Source: Octopus vulgaris
Lineage: Eukaryota
NCBI GenBank assembly: GCA_951406725.2
Contig: OX597819.1
Coordinates: 71,052,001 to 71,116,000, forward strand
Reading direction: 5' to 3'
DNA: 64,000 bases
The first letter of the stretch is position 1, and each line of letters starts with the position of its first letter. The notes under the pieces were generated by a model. It saw only the letters and a list, made by a program, of their open reading frames with translations, searched no databases and had not been told where the DNA came from. Below, in pieces: positions 28,632 through 41,121 of the stretch. Position numbers and translations under genes: made by a program.

Positions 28632-29106
28632 GAATCGTGAGTTCTATTGTGACATTTGGAAGCGTTTGAGGGAGGACATTCGGCGAGAGAGACTGTATCT
28701 GTGGAGCGTGAAAAATTGGATTCTTCACGACCACAATGCTCCCTGTCACCAAGCTCTCCTCGCTCGTGAGTTCCTCGCCAAAAACAAAATGGTATCACTT
28801 CCGGACCCACGCTATTCACCAGATTTAGCACTTGCTGACTTCCAACTCTTCCCCAAGATGAAAATGCAACTCAAAGGTCGCCGTTTTAACACCGTTGTCG
28901 AGATCCAGAGCGAATCGCAGAAGGTCCTTGACTCGCTTGTAGAAAACGACTCCCAGGCTGGACATCAATGTGGCAGGAATGCTGGGATCGGTGTATTGCT
29001 GAGCAAGGTGACTATTTTCATGGAGACGATGTTAAAACTTAGGTAAATAATTTATTATTTTTATTAAACATGGCGAGTCCGGGAATCTTTTGACACCATT
29101 TCGTAT
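28632..29106 (+). mobile_element. 3' fragment of a mariner transposon
   Basis: WILHDHNAPCH...PRYSPDLALADFQLFPKMKMQLKGRRF. Confidence 0.85.
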
Positions 29107-29344
29107 ATATAGACACGCACTCTAAACCGAGCTTCATTATAATTTCCGTCTCCCGAATTTCACCTAGAAGATATTGCTTCATCCGAAGCTATGAGTGAGT
29201 ACAATCTCCCAATGTGCTGAGCAAGAGAATCGAACCTGTATCATCGTGCCTGAGAAGCGAGGTTCATAACCACTCATATCAATCCACTTACGACTATATT
29301 CAATAGAGAAGACACCAAGAAATGATTGCAATATCGATACTTAC

Positions 29345-29563
29345 CAGCAGATTCAGGTCAGTTAGATAGGATTCAACAAATCTCAAATAGCAATAACGCA
29401 TAGCCTTTGAATCAGCAGTAAGCTTAGAACAGGCAGCCGGATAATGACACGGCACTGCTATGACTTTGGCAGGAGCACATATACGGTCACGTTCTATCTC
29501 AAGTTGGTTCTTAATCAGGACAGCATATTTCCTGAGTGTGGTAGAGATGTTGACTAGGGCCAT
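29345..29563 (-). CDS. Coding exon 4 (MALVNISTTLRKYAVLIKNQLEIERDRICAPAKVIAVPCHYPAACSKLTADSKAMRYCYLRFVESYLTDLNLL)
   Basis: Acceptor tctttcattacag| and donor CTG|GTAAGT. 219 nt, phase 0-0, within ORF 29300-29563. Confidence 0.8.
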
Positions 29564-30370
29564 CTGTAATGAAAGATTTCAGAGAAATCATATATTTCAT
29601 ATTTATTGACAATTCAATGAAATATATCAACAGATTTAGAAACGAATAAGGAATTAATGGATCTTCTTCAAATCTACCCGCCATCGGAAATTGTCTTCAT
29701 TTTCTACCGAACGTAAAATATGAAAAAAATGTTGCCTGCCTTTAAAATTTGGGATTTTGCCCCAAAGCCTCTATTGCAGACATATCAGAAGTCACGATTG
29801 TCTGTTTTTATGAGAACAACATTAACATTATCATAATCACAACACTAACTACATGTCGTCTGTTTACTGTTTCCAGCCAAGTTCTTTGAACCAGTGCAAC
29901 AAACCGTTTATTTTTGTTTTGTTTTTTAAATACAAAGTTTTAATTTTCCAAAAACGAGACTTTCAAGATTGAATTTCGTAAATTTGTGCGAGAATATAAA
30001 GATGGAGGAATATGTAGTAATGTTTCTTCAAGAGATGGAAGTTGTACCTAAGTAGGAAATGTGTCATACGTGCCATATTAGGAATAATGTTAGTGTTAGA
30101 TTTAGTTATTTCTTTTCATACTTTTCTTTCCCTTTACACTTGTTTCAGTCGTTTGACGGCGGCCATGCTGGAGCACCGTCTATAGTCGAAGAAATCGACT
30201 TACTCTTTGTAAGCCTAGTACTTATTCTATCGGTCTCTTTTGCCGAACCGTTAATTTACGGGGACGTAAACACATCAACATCGGTTGTCAAGCGATGGTG
30301 GGGACAAACACAGATACACACAAATACATACATACAAATATATATATATATATGCATATACATACATATA

Positions 30371-30412
<42 letters not shown>

Positions 30413-30413
30413 T

Positions 30414-30483
<70 letters not shown>

Positions 30484-30713
30484 TTATAAAATTTTTAATT
30501 TTAACTTTAAATTTAAATAATTCAAATTTTGAATTTTATATTTTATATATTTTGTATATTATATTAATTAATTTTATTTCTCTGTTTAGGTTTAGGTTTT
30601 TCACTGTTTGATTTGCTTAATAGTGGTTTTATGTCTAATTTAATATATATATTTATACTGTAAAATTAGATTTAATCCTAAATCTAATTTTTCCTTGTAA
30701 GTTTGGATTTACT

Positions 30714-30780
<67 letters not shown>

Positions 30781-31009
30781 CATATATACATATATAATGT
30801 AACAAATGAAGCAAAAAAAGCAATTCCTTCAAAGGGGTCTGAAACACCCAATTCGCTGTTTGTGTAGTTGAATACAACAGAAATAGGGGTATAAATACAA
30901 ATTACAGATAGAGAAATACAATTGACAATATAACGATTTATTTACATTATAATATAATATACTATAAAATATAATATAAAATAACATAACCAATTAAAAA
31001 ATATATAAA

Positions 31010-31090
31010 GCCAACAATTTGTTTCGACTTCTATACATTATTAGATTTAAAACCAATTCGTATCTATGTTATACAAGTCTCTTCAGTGCC
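31010..31090 (-). ncRNA. Hammerhead ribozyme family F, left arm
   Basis: CTGAAGA-gactt...aagtc-GAAAC-aaatt-GTT; stem I imperfect. Confidence 0.55.
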
Positions 31091-31540
31091 AAAGTTCAAA
31101 CTACGAAAAATAGGGACCATCATTTGTTATTTACTTTGAATAGCGTTAACACAGCTAACAGTAAACAAATGTAGAGAGTTACTATATACGTTCTTTCGAA
31201 CAGGCATATTTATGGAATAAATATTAATTTGTATACGATTTATTACCGTTTCTAAAATTAAGTAAAACACTGATTCTTTATTTATTTATATATTTTTATT
31301 ATTATATATTATTAAAATGGGTAGTGATTATTCTCGATTTAAATACTTTCAGATTAATGTTATTGAAGGTATATAAAAACATTTTTAGCCGTTGAAAAAT
31401 TTCTTTAATTAATTATTTGAATTTTGTTGTTTATTGTACTTTTAATAAGTTTGAAATGTTAGCGCTCATGCTCCTGAGCATAGGTATTTCGAAGTAGTAT
31501 TTTGCAATCTAGCATGTATTCCGTCTGTCTTTTGAACCTT

Positions 31541-31621
31541 GGCTCTGAAGAGACTTGTATACATAGATAAGTATTGTTTATAAATCAAATAATGTATATA
31601 AGTCGAAACAAATTGATGGCT
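31541..31621 (+). ncRNA. Hammerhead ribozyme family F, right arm
   Basis: ggct-CTGAAGA-gactt...aagtc-GAAAC-aaatt-GAT-ggct; triplet mutated relative to the left arm. Confidence 0.55.
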
Positions 31622-31734
31622 TTATTTGTTTTTTTAAACTGGTTGTTATATCATATTTTATAGTACATTACATTATAATGTAAATAGATTGTTAGATTGT
31701 CAATCAATTGTATTTCTCTATTTTATTTATCATT

Positions 31735-31784
<50 letters not shown>

Positions 31785-31791
31785 TAAACAG

Positions 31792-31823
<32 letters not shown>

Positions 31824-32261
31824 GGATGATAAGGTAGTCAGAATGTTGGATGATTATATAGTTATTTTTATTTTCACATCATTTATACTTTATTTACACT
31901 TTTCGCGTTTTCTTCCGTTTTCGGATTTATGAAAAAGTGGTTTAAAGTTAGATTTCTAGGTCCTTTTAGATACAAAAAATTTTGTGGGGTTTGCCAAGCA
32001 AGGGAAAAGAAAGAAAAAAATTTTGAGAAGGAGGGGAGGTAAAGAGGCGTGGATTTTGTATTCTTTATATATAAAAAGGCCCAAAAATGTAACTTAAAAC
32101 AACTTTTTGATAAATTTGATAACGAAGAAAGCTTTAAAAGTGTCAATAAAATATAAATAAAATGTAAATACAAAATACATATAAACTTCTAACATTCTGA
32201 CTTGCTTTTTATTCTAAATATACAATATCTGAACATCACATCAAAATCTCTGTGTATATGT

Positions 32262-32292
<31 letters not shown>

Positions 32293-32871
32293 TATATCCC
32301 TTGGGGGATGTAAGGTAATAACTTATTCTTTATTCATTTTGTTATTTTTTCTCTCTATTTTCAACTTTTATTCTATTTTGATATATTTATTTTAATTTAT
32401 TCATATTTAGTTATAATTTTTATGTACCCTAACACTGAGTAAATGTTCTTATAGGCCTTTTAATTATTTCGATTTTTTAATAAGTAATTCAATGCCTTAA
32501 CTATACATTAATAACTATACACATTTGAATTAAACTCTACATTCTAAATTTATATTGATTTAATAGAATAGATATACCACAATATGACATTTTGTTACCA
32601 ATTATATCTACTTGAGCTTCATTATACTTAACACACCAGATGAATACATTGTTTTACAATACCATTATGTACAACTTGGTTTCCGATTGGCTAAAATTTC
32701 AAACTTTAAGGGCATGTAAAAATTTTATTTATTTCTACCGGAAATGAATGTAATTTTTATCATCAACATGTAAAACTATATATTGGTATAGAAAATTAAA
32801 AGAGAAACAAAAATGCCAGCGAGAAAGATTTTAGGAAGATCCGAATTAAATGTTAAGGAGTTTTTACTTAC

Positions 32872-32997
32872 ATTTAACAATTTTGTTTGGTTCTTGATAA
32901 TGTTGTCTTGAAGCGACAACCGTGGTAATGGAACGATCAGTCGGTTACGGAAATAGTCAGCAAATTGATAGCATCTACTTATGTTTTTCCATGGACA
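32872..32997 (-). CDS. Coding exon 3 (CPWKNISRCYQFADYFRNRLIVPLPRLSLQDNIIKNQTKLLN)
   Basis: Acceptor tattcttctacag| and donor AAT|GTAAGT. 126 nt, phase 0-0, no stop codon. Confidence 0.8.
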
Positions 32998-35003
32998 CTG
33001 TAGAAGAATATATTACAATACTATCTTAAATATATAAAGGGAAAAATTGTCTAGTATGTACGTAAATAAACCGAGATTTCTGTATGATTGTAGCAAGTCG
33101 TTTTGTAGCGAGGATAGTAGTTTATATAAAAATTCGACAATGTAATCAAAGATTACATTCCCATACTAAAATAATCAAATAAGATTTCATTAATTTAGAA
33201 TAAATCTAATAATTAAAATATTACGAAATGATTAGTTGTATGTAAATACCAATTTTGATATAATCAATTTATTCATTTTGAATTTTATTAAAACGTAGGC
33301 ACTATGATTTGTGTTAAGAGTAATGTGCCTCTAAGAAGCGAGTGATTTCATATTTTCAGAATTTAAAGAACAAAACGTATTTGATAATCAATGAAAATAA
33401 ACGAAACCTTTGTTGTACAACAATGCCCACTTTTCTTATGAGGCCGCTTTAATGTGTATTAGGATCTTTTCAGTTGGGCTACCACTTTTCAGTTTCTTCA
33501 ATTTTTGTTCCAGTTGATTTCATATTTAATGTATTGGTGCAGTTTTGTGTAGTAATTATTTTCATGAAATTTATTTTGCCATAAATCAATAATTAAAGAG
33601 TTAATAGCTTTTAAAGTTTGTAAATTTTGGGTAATTTTAGCCAATCGAAAGCCACAGACATTTAGTTGGCTGTTTCCATAGTAACAAGCCATGCTGTTAT
33701 CAAGCTCCTTACCCTTCTGTTGCTGTCCTATCAAGCCACGCAATCATTTTTTGCTTATTAAATGCTTAAAATATGAGGTATAAGGCAGTCGTGAGATGTG
33801 CAAAAAATAACAGCTAAATAGGCATTAATGCAAGAAGTTTTTGATTTTTGTTTTTGCATAATATTATGAATTTCCGTGTGCAGAATATAAATTCGAAAAT
33901 CCCACCAAAATAAAAGAGTTATGAAGAGCTATATGACGTGGTAAGCAGAATTCCGCGGGTATTTATTTCATTTGTTTACGGTTTCATATTAAATCATTTT
34001 TTTATTTTCGCAATGTTGACAACTCGTGCTGTCACGCACAAAATGATAGCTTCCAAATCCTGTTCTTTGACTGGGTAAAAATGATCAAAATTTAAACCTC
34101 TGTAACTTCTTTTAAGCTTTTTTCTGGGAAAAGTGAATTATCTCATGAGATTCAGTGTGGAAAATTACATCTATACACAAACTTTTAAAATTTTCATTAA
34201 GCTTTAAAATCTCCATAGGTGCAACCAAATAGAAAAGACCCATGTATTACACTATTACAGTTCCATCTATCATTTCTTGTACGTGGGCCAGCAATTATGT
34301 GCAGGATCGGGTTAATCCTTTTAAATCGATCTCAATACTGAGATTTTATCAACCTCAGAGAAATGAAAGTTAATGTTGACCTTGACGGATGTCCTCAATA
34401 CATAACAACTAATGTTTTATGATTTTTTTCTTAGTTATCACCATGGTTTGGTCTTGTGCGCTCCGTGCAGTTGTTATTGATCCATTTGTCAAACTGTAAA
34501 GTGGGACAATTTTTTTTGACGTACGGCGCTTATTCTATTCTAATCTATGCACAAGGCCCGAAATTTTGGGGGAGGGGACCAGTCGATTAGATCGTCCCCA
34601 GTATGCAACTGGTACTTAATTTATCAACCCCGAAAGGATGAAAAGCAAAGTCGACCTCGGCGGAATTTGAACTCAGAAATCAGAACAAGGCAGACGAAAT
34701 ACCTATTTCTTTACTACATACAAGGGGCTAAACACAGAAGGGACAAACAAGGACAGACAAACGGATTAAGTCGATTATATCGACCCCAGTGCGTAACTGG
34801 CACTTATTTAATCGACCCCCGAAAGGATGAAAGGCAAAGTCGACCTCGGCCGAATTTGAACTCAGAACGTAGCGGCAGACGAAATACCGCAAAGCATTTC
34901 GCCCGGCGTACTAACGTTTCTGCCAGCTCGCCGCCTTACATACCACGCGTATTAAGATGGAATAAGAATTTACTAAATCTTAGAGAACTAAGCGAAAACT
35001 TAC

Positions 35004-35173
35004 GCAAGTGTTGAAGGTATTGTTTACAGCAATCGATACTACTTTGGCGGTGTTCAATGCCAACTCGGGATCAGTTATTGTTGATTTTATAGGTGGCTCT
35101 GAGGGTTGCATTAGTACTCCATAAACCAATGTAATCCACGCAAATAAATATAGTGCAGAAGAAAACTGTAAAG
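35004..35173 (-). CDS. Coding exon 2: signal peptide and first predicted helix (LQFSSALYLFAWITLVYGVLMQPSEPPIKSTITDPELALNTAKVVSIAVNNTFNTC)
   Basis: Acceptor ttttttcatttag| (alternative tttacag| at 35165) and donor TGC|GTAAGT. Open frame overlapping ORF 34980-35192, with a hydrophobic LYLFAWITLVYG stretch. Confidence 0.8.
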
Positions 35174-35550
35174 CTAAATGAAAAAATAGCATAAATTAGA
35201 AGATGACGAAGGAAACAAGGAAATATTAATACTTTATTAATCATTCATAAGAGAAATAGTTAAGTTGCGACAGTCAATTATATTAAAGTAGCAACGGTAA
35301 ATTTATGTGGTGTAAACTGTAAGTTACACTGAGAGAATGTGATGGTAAAAGTGTAAATGTGTGCATATGTGTATGTGCATGAGGGAGAGAGAAAGAAAGA
35401 AAGAGTAGGAGAGAGAGAGAAAGAGTAGGAGAGAGGGAAAGAGGAGTGAGTGGAAGAGAGAGATAGAGTGAGAGAGAGATTCAAGCAAATGCCACCAGCC
35501 CATACTCACATCCACTCATTCACACACATAAGAATGCTATCAGCACACAC

Positions 35551-35625
<75 letters not shown>

Positions 35626-36372
35626 TATTGTTATACTTGGGATGGTAAACATTTTGCTAATTAGTGTACGTGTGTTTAATTGACAAAAATCCTCAAAGTA
35701 TAACAATAAATATAAATTAATACATACATACATACATACATACATACATACATACATACATACATACATACATACATACATACATGTGTGTAAAAGTTGG
35801 GTATTTTCAGAAAAGCATTCCACCCAAATACTGGGCTATCAATGCTGTTTTCAGGACAGTCACATAGTAATGTGGGTTTGGCGAAGAATAAATTATAATC
35901 TAAATAATATGACAACAAAAAAATTCTTTAACACATCTTTAATGATTCGTTACATTTGTTTCTGTACCAACTCTACTTGCAACGCCAGTTTACGCAAACA
36001 TTCGAAGTGGTGATTTATGTAATATTTGCGGTTTTAGACAATAGAGTGGCATTTCATCAGAGTTGCATGAAAGATGTGATATCACACTGTGCATCTTACA
36101 GACATTGTTTTTGGAATCCCAGTAGCTGAGATTATTAAAAATTTTTTTTTATTTTATCTAGTTTCAGCTCACGAGCTTTGGCCATGCTGGGGCACCGCCA
36201 TTGCTGCGTTTGCGAATATAAATTCAAAATTAAGGAACGGAGCAGAGAAAAACCAGGCTGCATATGTTTCATAGCTAGCAGAACCTCAGAAGTAGTAACT
36301 GTCCAAACGAGGGAGAATCCGCCAGCTATTCGTAGGGCCTTTTAAAAAAAAATTATTGTTTAAGGTATCTTT

Positions 36373-36456
36373 GGCCTGACGAGTAGCTATCGGATTATCC
36401 CTCGTTTGCGTAATTACCACTTCCGATGGTCTGCTAGCTATGAAACATATGTAGCC
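36373..36456 (+). ncRNA. Type I hammerhead ribozyme family G, with a degenerate inverted copy at 36256-36339
   Basis: ggc-CTGACGA-gtagcta...tagctat-GAAAC-atat-GTA-gcc; palindromic stem III ACATATGT. Confidence 0.8.
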
Positions 36457-36741
36457 TGGATATTATCTACACCGTTCCTTAATTTTGGGGATTATATATA
36501 TATATATATATTTAATCAATATAGGGTGGCAAAAAAAAAAAAATTTGTAGAATTCTTTTGCCACCAGCGGCCTAGTGGGAAAAAATTAAATAGTCATAGA
36601 CCATTTTTAAGTTCAACATCAACAATCAAGGAACGGCCATAATAGGCCATTCACCCACTAGAAATAACAGCCAAAGCTTCAACCACAAATAAAAATTAAT
36701 TCCGTAAACCAGGAGAAAATTTAAAAAACATTTACCCTGTA

Positions 36742-36848
36742 ATTTCTTATACGATATACCGTTTCATCTGCTGATTAATGGTAAACTAACCTGATTAAAT
36801 TAAATCAAGCCAATCTTCCACAGGCCCTCAGATTCTTCAGTAAGAAAT
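36742..36848 (-). ncRNA. Type I hammerhead ribozyme family H, downstream copy
   Basis: atttctta-CTGAAGA-atctg...cagat-GAAAC-gg tata tc-GTA-taagaaat; 8-bp stem I. Confidence 0.88.
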
Positions 36849-37237
36849 AGCCCAAGTCGGAACAGATATTTTCACGAGGCATTTCCGACCTTGCCAAGTT
36901 TATATCTGACCTAAAATTTTCAAATCGTCGCACTCGCGCCAAATTTATCGGCAGCAAATAAATATAAGCCGTCGATTCCATTACGGAATTAACCAGAAAA
37001 TTCATAATTAATCAATATAGGGTGGCAAAAAAAAAAAATTTTGTAGAATTCTTTTGCCACCAGCGGCCTAGTGGGAAAAAATTAAATAGTCATAGACCAT
37101 TTTTAAGTTCAACATCAACAATCAAGGAACGGCCATAATAGGCCATTCACCCACTAGAAATAACAGCCAAAGCTTCAACCGCAAATAAAAATTAATTCCG
37201 TAAACCAGGAGAAAATTTAAAAAACATTTACCCTGTA

Positions 37238-37344
37238 ATTTCTTATACGATATACCGTTTCATCTGCTGATTAATGGTAAACTAACCTGATTAAATTAAA
37301 TCAAGCCAATCTTCCACAGGCCCTCAGATTCTTCAGTAAGAAAT
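37238..37344 (-). ncRNA. Type I hammerhead ribozyme family H, upstream copy
   Basis: Same fold and core as 36742-36848, offset by 496 nt. Confidence 0.88.
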
Positions 37345-37347
37345 AGC

Positions 37348-37425
<78 letters not shown>

Positions 37426-37455
37426 AAATATATATATACATATATATATACACAC

Positions 37456-37504
<49 letters not shown>

Positions 37505-37560
37505 CATATATATATATACATATATACATACATATATATATACATACATACATACATACA

Positions 37561-37591
<31 letters not shown>

Positions 37592-37901
37592 GCTTTCGGT
37601 GCGAATGTTTTTTTATTACGGCGCCGTAATTTATAATTTGTAAATAATAATAATGCATCTTTTTAATATATATAAGCTTAAAGCTTATGGCGATCACCGT
37701 GCAATGACTAAGGAAAATAGTCTAATAAAAGGGCATATAAGCGCTCCACAGAAAAAAGAAGGCTTTGCTATCCGTGTGAAGAAAGCCTTCTTTTTTCCTG
37801 TCGAGGGCTTATATGCTCCTTTATTAGACTATTTCCCTTTGTCATTGCACGGTGATCGCCATAAGCTTTTTTTATATATATATAAGAACCCCCCCCCCCA
37901 C

Positions 37902-37956
<55 letters not shown>

Positions 37957-38648
37957 TAAAAGGAAAAGTCGATCCCTGCGGGATTTGATCTCAGAACGTG
38001 AAGACGAACGAAACATTGCTAAGCACTGCGGCCGGTGTGCTAACAATTTTGCGAGCTCGCCTTCTTTATTGGAACAATTAATATCAACAAATATAAAAAA
38101 CATAAGTATGTAGGCGGAAGAATATATCCTCAAAGAAAACACGACTAAAAAAAAAGAAACGAAAAAAAAAAAAGATAAAAAGGGCGCGAATACCTGAATA
38201 ATTTCATTCGAAACATCATATCCTTATTCTTTTAAGAAAAAAAAATTTTTAAATGCTGATTATTTTGGGTATAACGCCATTATCAATTGAATGCTAATCA
38301 GCGGATGACCATCTTGTCAATGGGCGATGTCTTGGCTCTTTCTATATTATGTCAAGTGATGTATTTACCCACAATGCTACTACAATCGTTTCCTCAATTA
38401 ATAGGAATATGGGTCATGCAGCATGCATGAGAATCCTTAAAATTTTTACTTTACCTCAGAGTAATTCTTACGTTTTACTCCTTTTCTCTTAACTGGCCGA
38501 AACTTCGATGTCACTGTCATCAATATTTTTTATAAAGAATAATAAATTTGTACCCCACAAAAGTATAGAGTAAGCCATCAGATTAATGCAAAATTGTTTT
38601 TATTATGGGCATTAATAAATGTGTGCGTGTTATGAACATTATGAACAT

Positions 38649-39121
38649 TAGGCGCAGGAATGGATGTGTGGTAAGTAGCTTGCTAACCAACCACATGGTT
38701 CCGGGTTCAGTCCCACTGCGTGGCATCTTGGGCAAGTGTCTTCTGCTATAGCCCCGGGCCGACCAATGCCTTGTGAGTGGATTTGGTTGACGGAAACTGA
38801 AAGAAGCCTGTCGTATATATGTATATATATATCAGTAATAATATATGGTGAAATTAATTAATTTGGAGAAATCATTAATTTCACCAAGTAGATTTCGGCA
38901 TGTAAAAGCCCCGTTCGAGGAAAGTTTAAGTAATACTAAGTAATTAAGGGTTTAGCAACGATTTGCTTCACCACACACCGAATTTAGAAATAGCAGTCAA
39001 AGAGTTATAGCTATTCTTTCTAGTAGAAAGAATAGCTATAACTCTTTGACTGCTATTTCTAAATTCGGTGTGTGGTGAGGCAAATCGTTGCTAAACCCTT
39101 AATTACTTAGTATTACTTATG

Positions 39122-39154
<33 letters not shown>

Positions 39155-39350
39155 TTGTCCCTCTAGCATTGCTTGACAACCGATGCTGGTGTGTTTACGT
39201 CCCCGTCACTTAGCGGTTCGGCAAAATAGACCGATAGAATAAGTACTGGGCTTACAAAGAATAAGTCCCGGGGTCGATTTGCTCGACTAAAGGCGGTGCT
39301 CCAGCATGGCCGCAGTCAAATGACTGAAACAAGTAAAAGAGTAAAAGAGA
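38649..39350 (+). mobile_element. Full-length tRNA-derived SINE with internal microsatellite, interrupted by a palindromic insert
   Basis: Head with A/B-box-like gtgtggtaag...ggttcagtccc; tail ...gactgaaacaagtaaaaga. Partial copies near 7600, 9700, 24370, 30135, 48085, 50350 and 60990. Confidence 0.9.
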
Positions 39351-39859
39351 GTATTAATGTGTGCGTATGTTTGTCTTTGTGTGCGTTTGTGTATACATAA
39401 ACATACACAATTTTATATGCATATGTACGTATACACACACACACATGTTTCTTTAAACAAGCGACCACGTTTAAATCTCATCATTTTTTTACTTTCTAAG
39501 TTTTCTTATTTTATCAGCTTTTGCAATTGGTTTGTATCGGTAGGGTTCCTTAATCTATTCCCAACGTTTCTAAATTCTCATAGTCTTATCATCAAGAATT
39601 TCCTTGCTTATATTGTTTATTATATATGGTTTATATTGTTTGTTATATAGCGAACGAATTCGTGTGGTTTTTCCCACACTTAAATAATATAAAGAAAAGC
39701 AACAAAAACTTTGACATATAAAGCTCCACAGATTCAAGAAACAGAGCAAGGGAGAGGACTCGTGTATGTTTTTTTTTTGTTGAACATTAAAATTCTCTCG
39801 TTATTTTCTGTTTTTATTCGGTCTAAGTAATTGGAAATGTTTGAGTATAAAACCACAGT

Positions 39860-40185
39860 AGTCAATGGAGCACTCTGTCGATTACGACGACGAGGGTCCC
39901 AGCTGATACGATCAACAGAACAGCTTACTCTGGAAATGTACGTGCAAGTGGCTGAGCACTCCACAGACCCTTAACGTAGTTCTCAGGGAGATTCAGCATG
40001 ACACAGTGTGTGACAAGGCTGGCCCTTTGAAATACAGGTACTACTCAATTTTTCCAGCTGAGTGGTCTGGAGCAACATGAAATAAATTGTCTTTCTCAAG
40101 AACACAACGTGTCACCGGGAATTGAAATCACGACCTTACGCTCGCCAGCCGAATGCCCTAACCACTAAGCCACGCGCCTTCACTA
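39860..40185 (-). mobile_element. tRNA-derived SINE, third family
   Basis: Reverse of gaaggcgcgtggcttagtggttagg...; plus-strand copy at 41610-41915, partial copies at 4135-4345 and 43070-43320. Confidence 0.85.
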
Positions 40186-40884
40186 GTAGCTAGTATAGAA
40201 TACTGTTTAAGGTGGCGAGCTGGCGGAATCGTTAACCGCATCAGGAAAAGTGCTTAGCTTACCACACCGGGAAAAGTAATGATGCTATAAGTTCAAATAC
40301 CGTTGTATCGACTTTGTATTTTAGCAGTGGGAGTCGATAAAATAAGTACCAGTTGAACACTGGGGGTCAATGTAATCGACTAATCCGCCTCCCCCGAAAT
40401 TTCTGGCTTTTCCACCTTCAACTGAAGGCTGTAGGTGGAAAAGTGGCAGTGTGACTTTGTCACACTTTCCTAAGTTTTATTATTATGTTTTTAAAATCAG
40501 CAATCCCAAATGATGGGATCCGGCAGCAATGCAATTTTATGCGAGAAATTACATGATAGATAAAAGTAGTAGAAGATAAAAAAGAAACGAGCAATAAAGC
40601 AAAAAAAAACAAACCCAAAACAAAAAAAAAAAGCAACAACAAAACACTAACAAAAAAACTGCAAAAACGTAAAACAAAACGAGATAAAATTATTTTGATG
40701 TTGAAAAGTTTGGCGATCTTTGGTGTTAGGGACATATATATCTGTGGTGACTAATGATGAAACCTGAACAATCCGGAAAGCGTAATTGCATAAAAGTTAC
40801 TTCTTAAAGTTATCGGGGATCATTTACCTTTTGATTACAAATAATAAATATCGTAATGAAACTAATATAAGATCTACAACTTAC

Positions 40885-40894
40885 GTATTTTCAT
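40885..40894 (-). CDS. Coding exon 1 of candidate secreted helical cytokine-like gene (ATG AAA ATA C)
   Basis: Minus strand reads ccaaatATGAAAATAC|GTAAGT. The phase-1 donor joins in frame to the acceptor at 35173, giving MKIPLQF. TATA box about 115 nt upstream. Confidence 0.65.
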
Positions 40895-41008
40895 ATTTGG
40901 TAGATTTGTTATTAGTTATGCAATAAAATATAATCTCAAGCTCACAAGAATTTTCCCATCAACTCTCTGTCAGGACTGGAAACTTCTGGAAACACATGTG
41001 ACAGCTTT

Positions 41009-41016
41009 CTTATATA
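41009..41016 (-). promoter_or_regulatory. TATA box of the candidate cytokine-like gene
   Basis: Minus strand cccTATATAAGaaag, about 115 nt upstream of the ATG and directly downstream of a (CT)n tract. Confidence 0.55.
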
Positions 41017-41018
41017 GG

Positions 41019-41121
<103 letters not shown>

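Larger units (their letters stand above)
36512..37350 (-). mobile_element. Retrozyme-like element family H: about 1.7 tandem copies of a 496-bp unit between (TA)n tracts
   Basis: 36512-36853 is nearly identical to 37008-37349; each copy carries a hammerhead. Confidence 0.9.
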
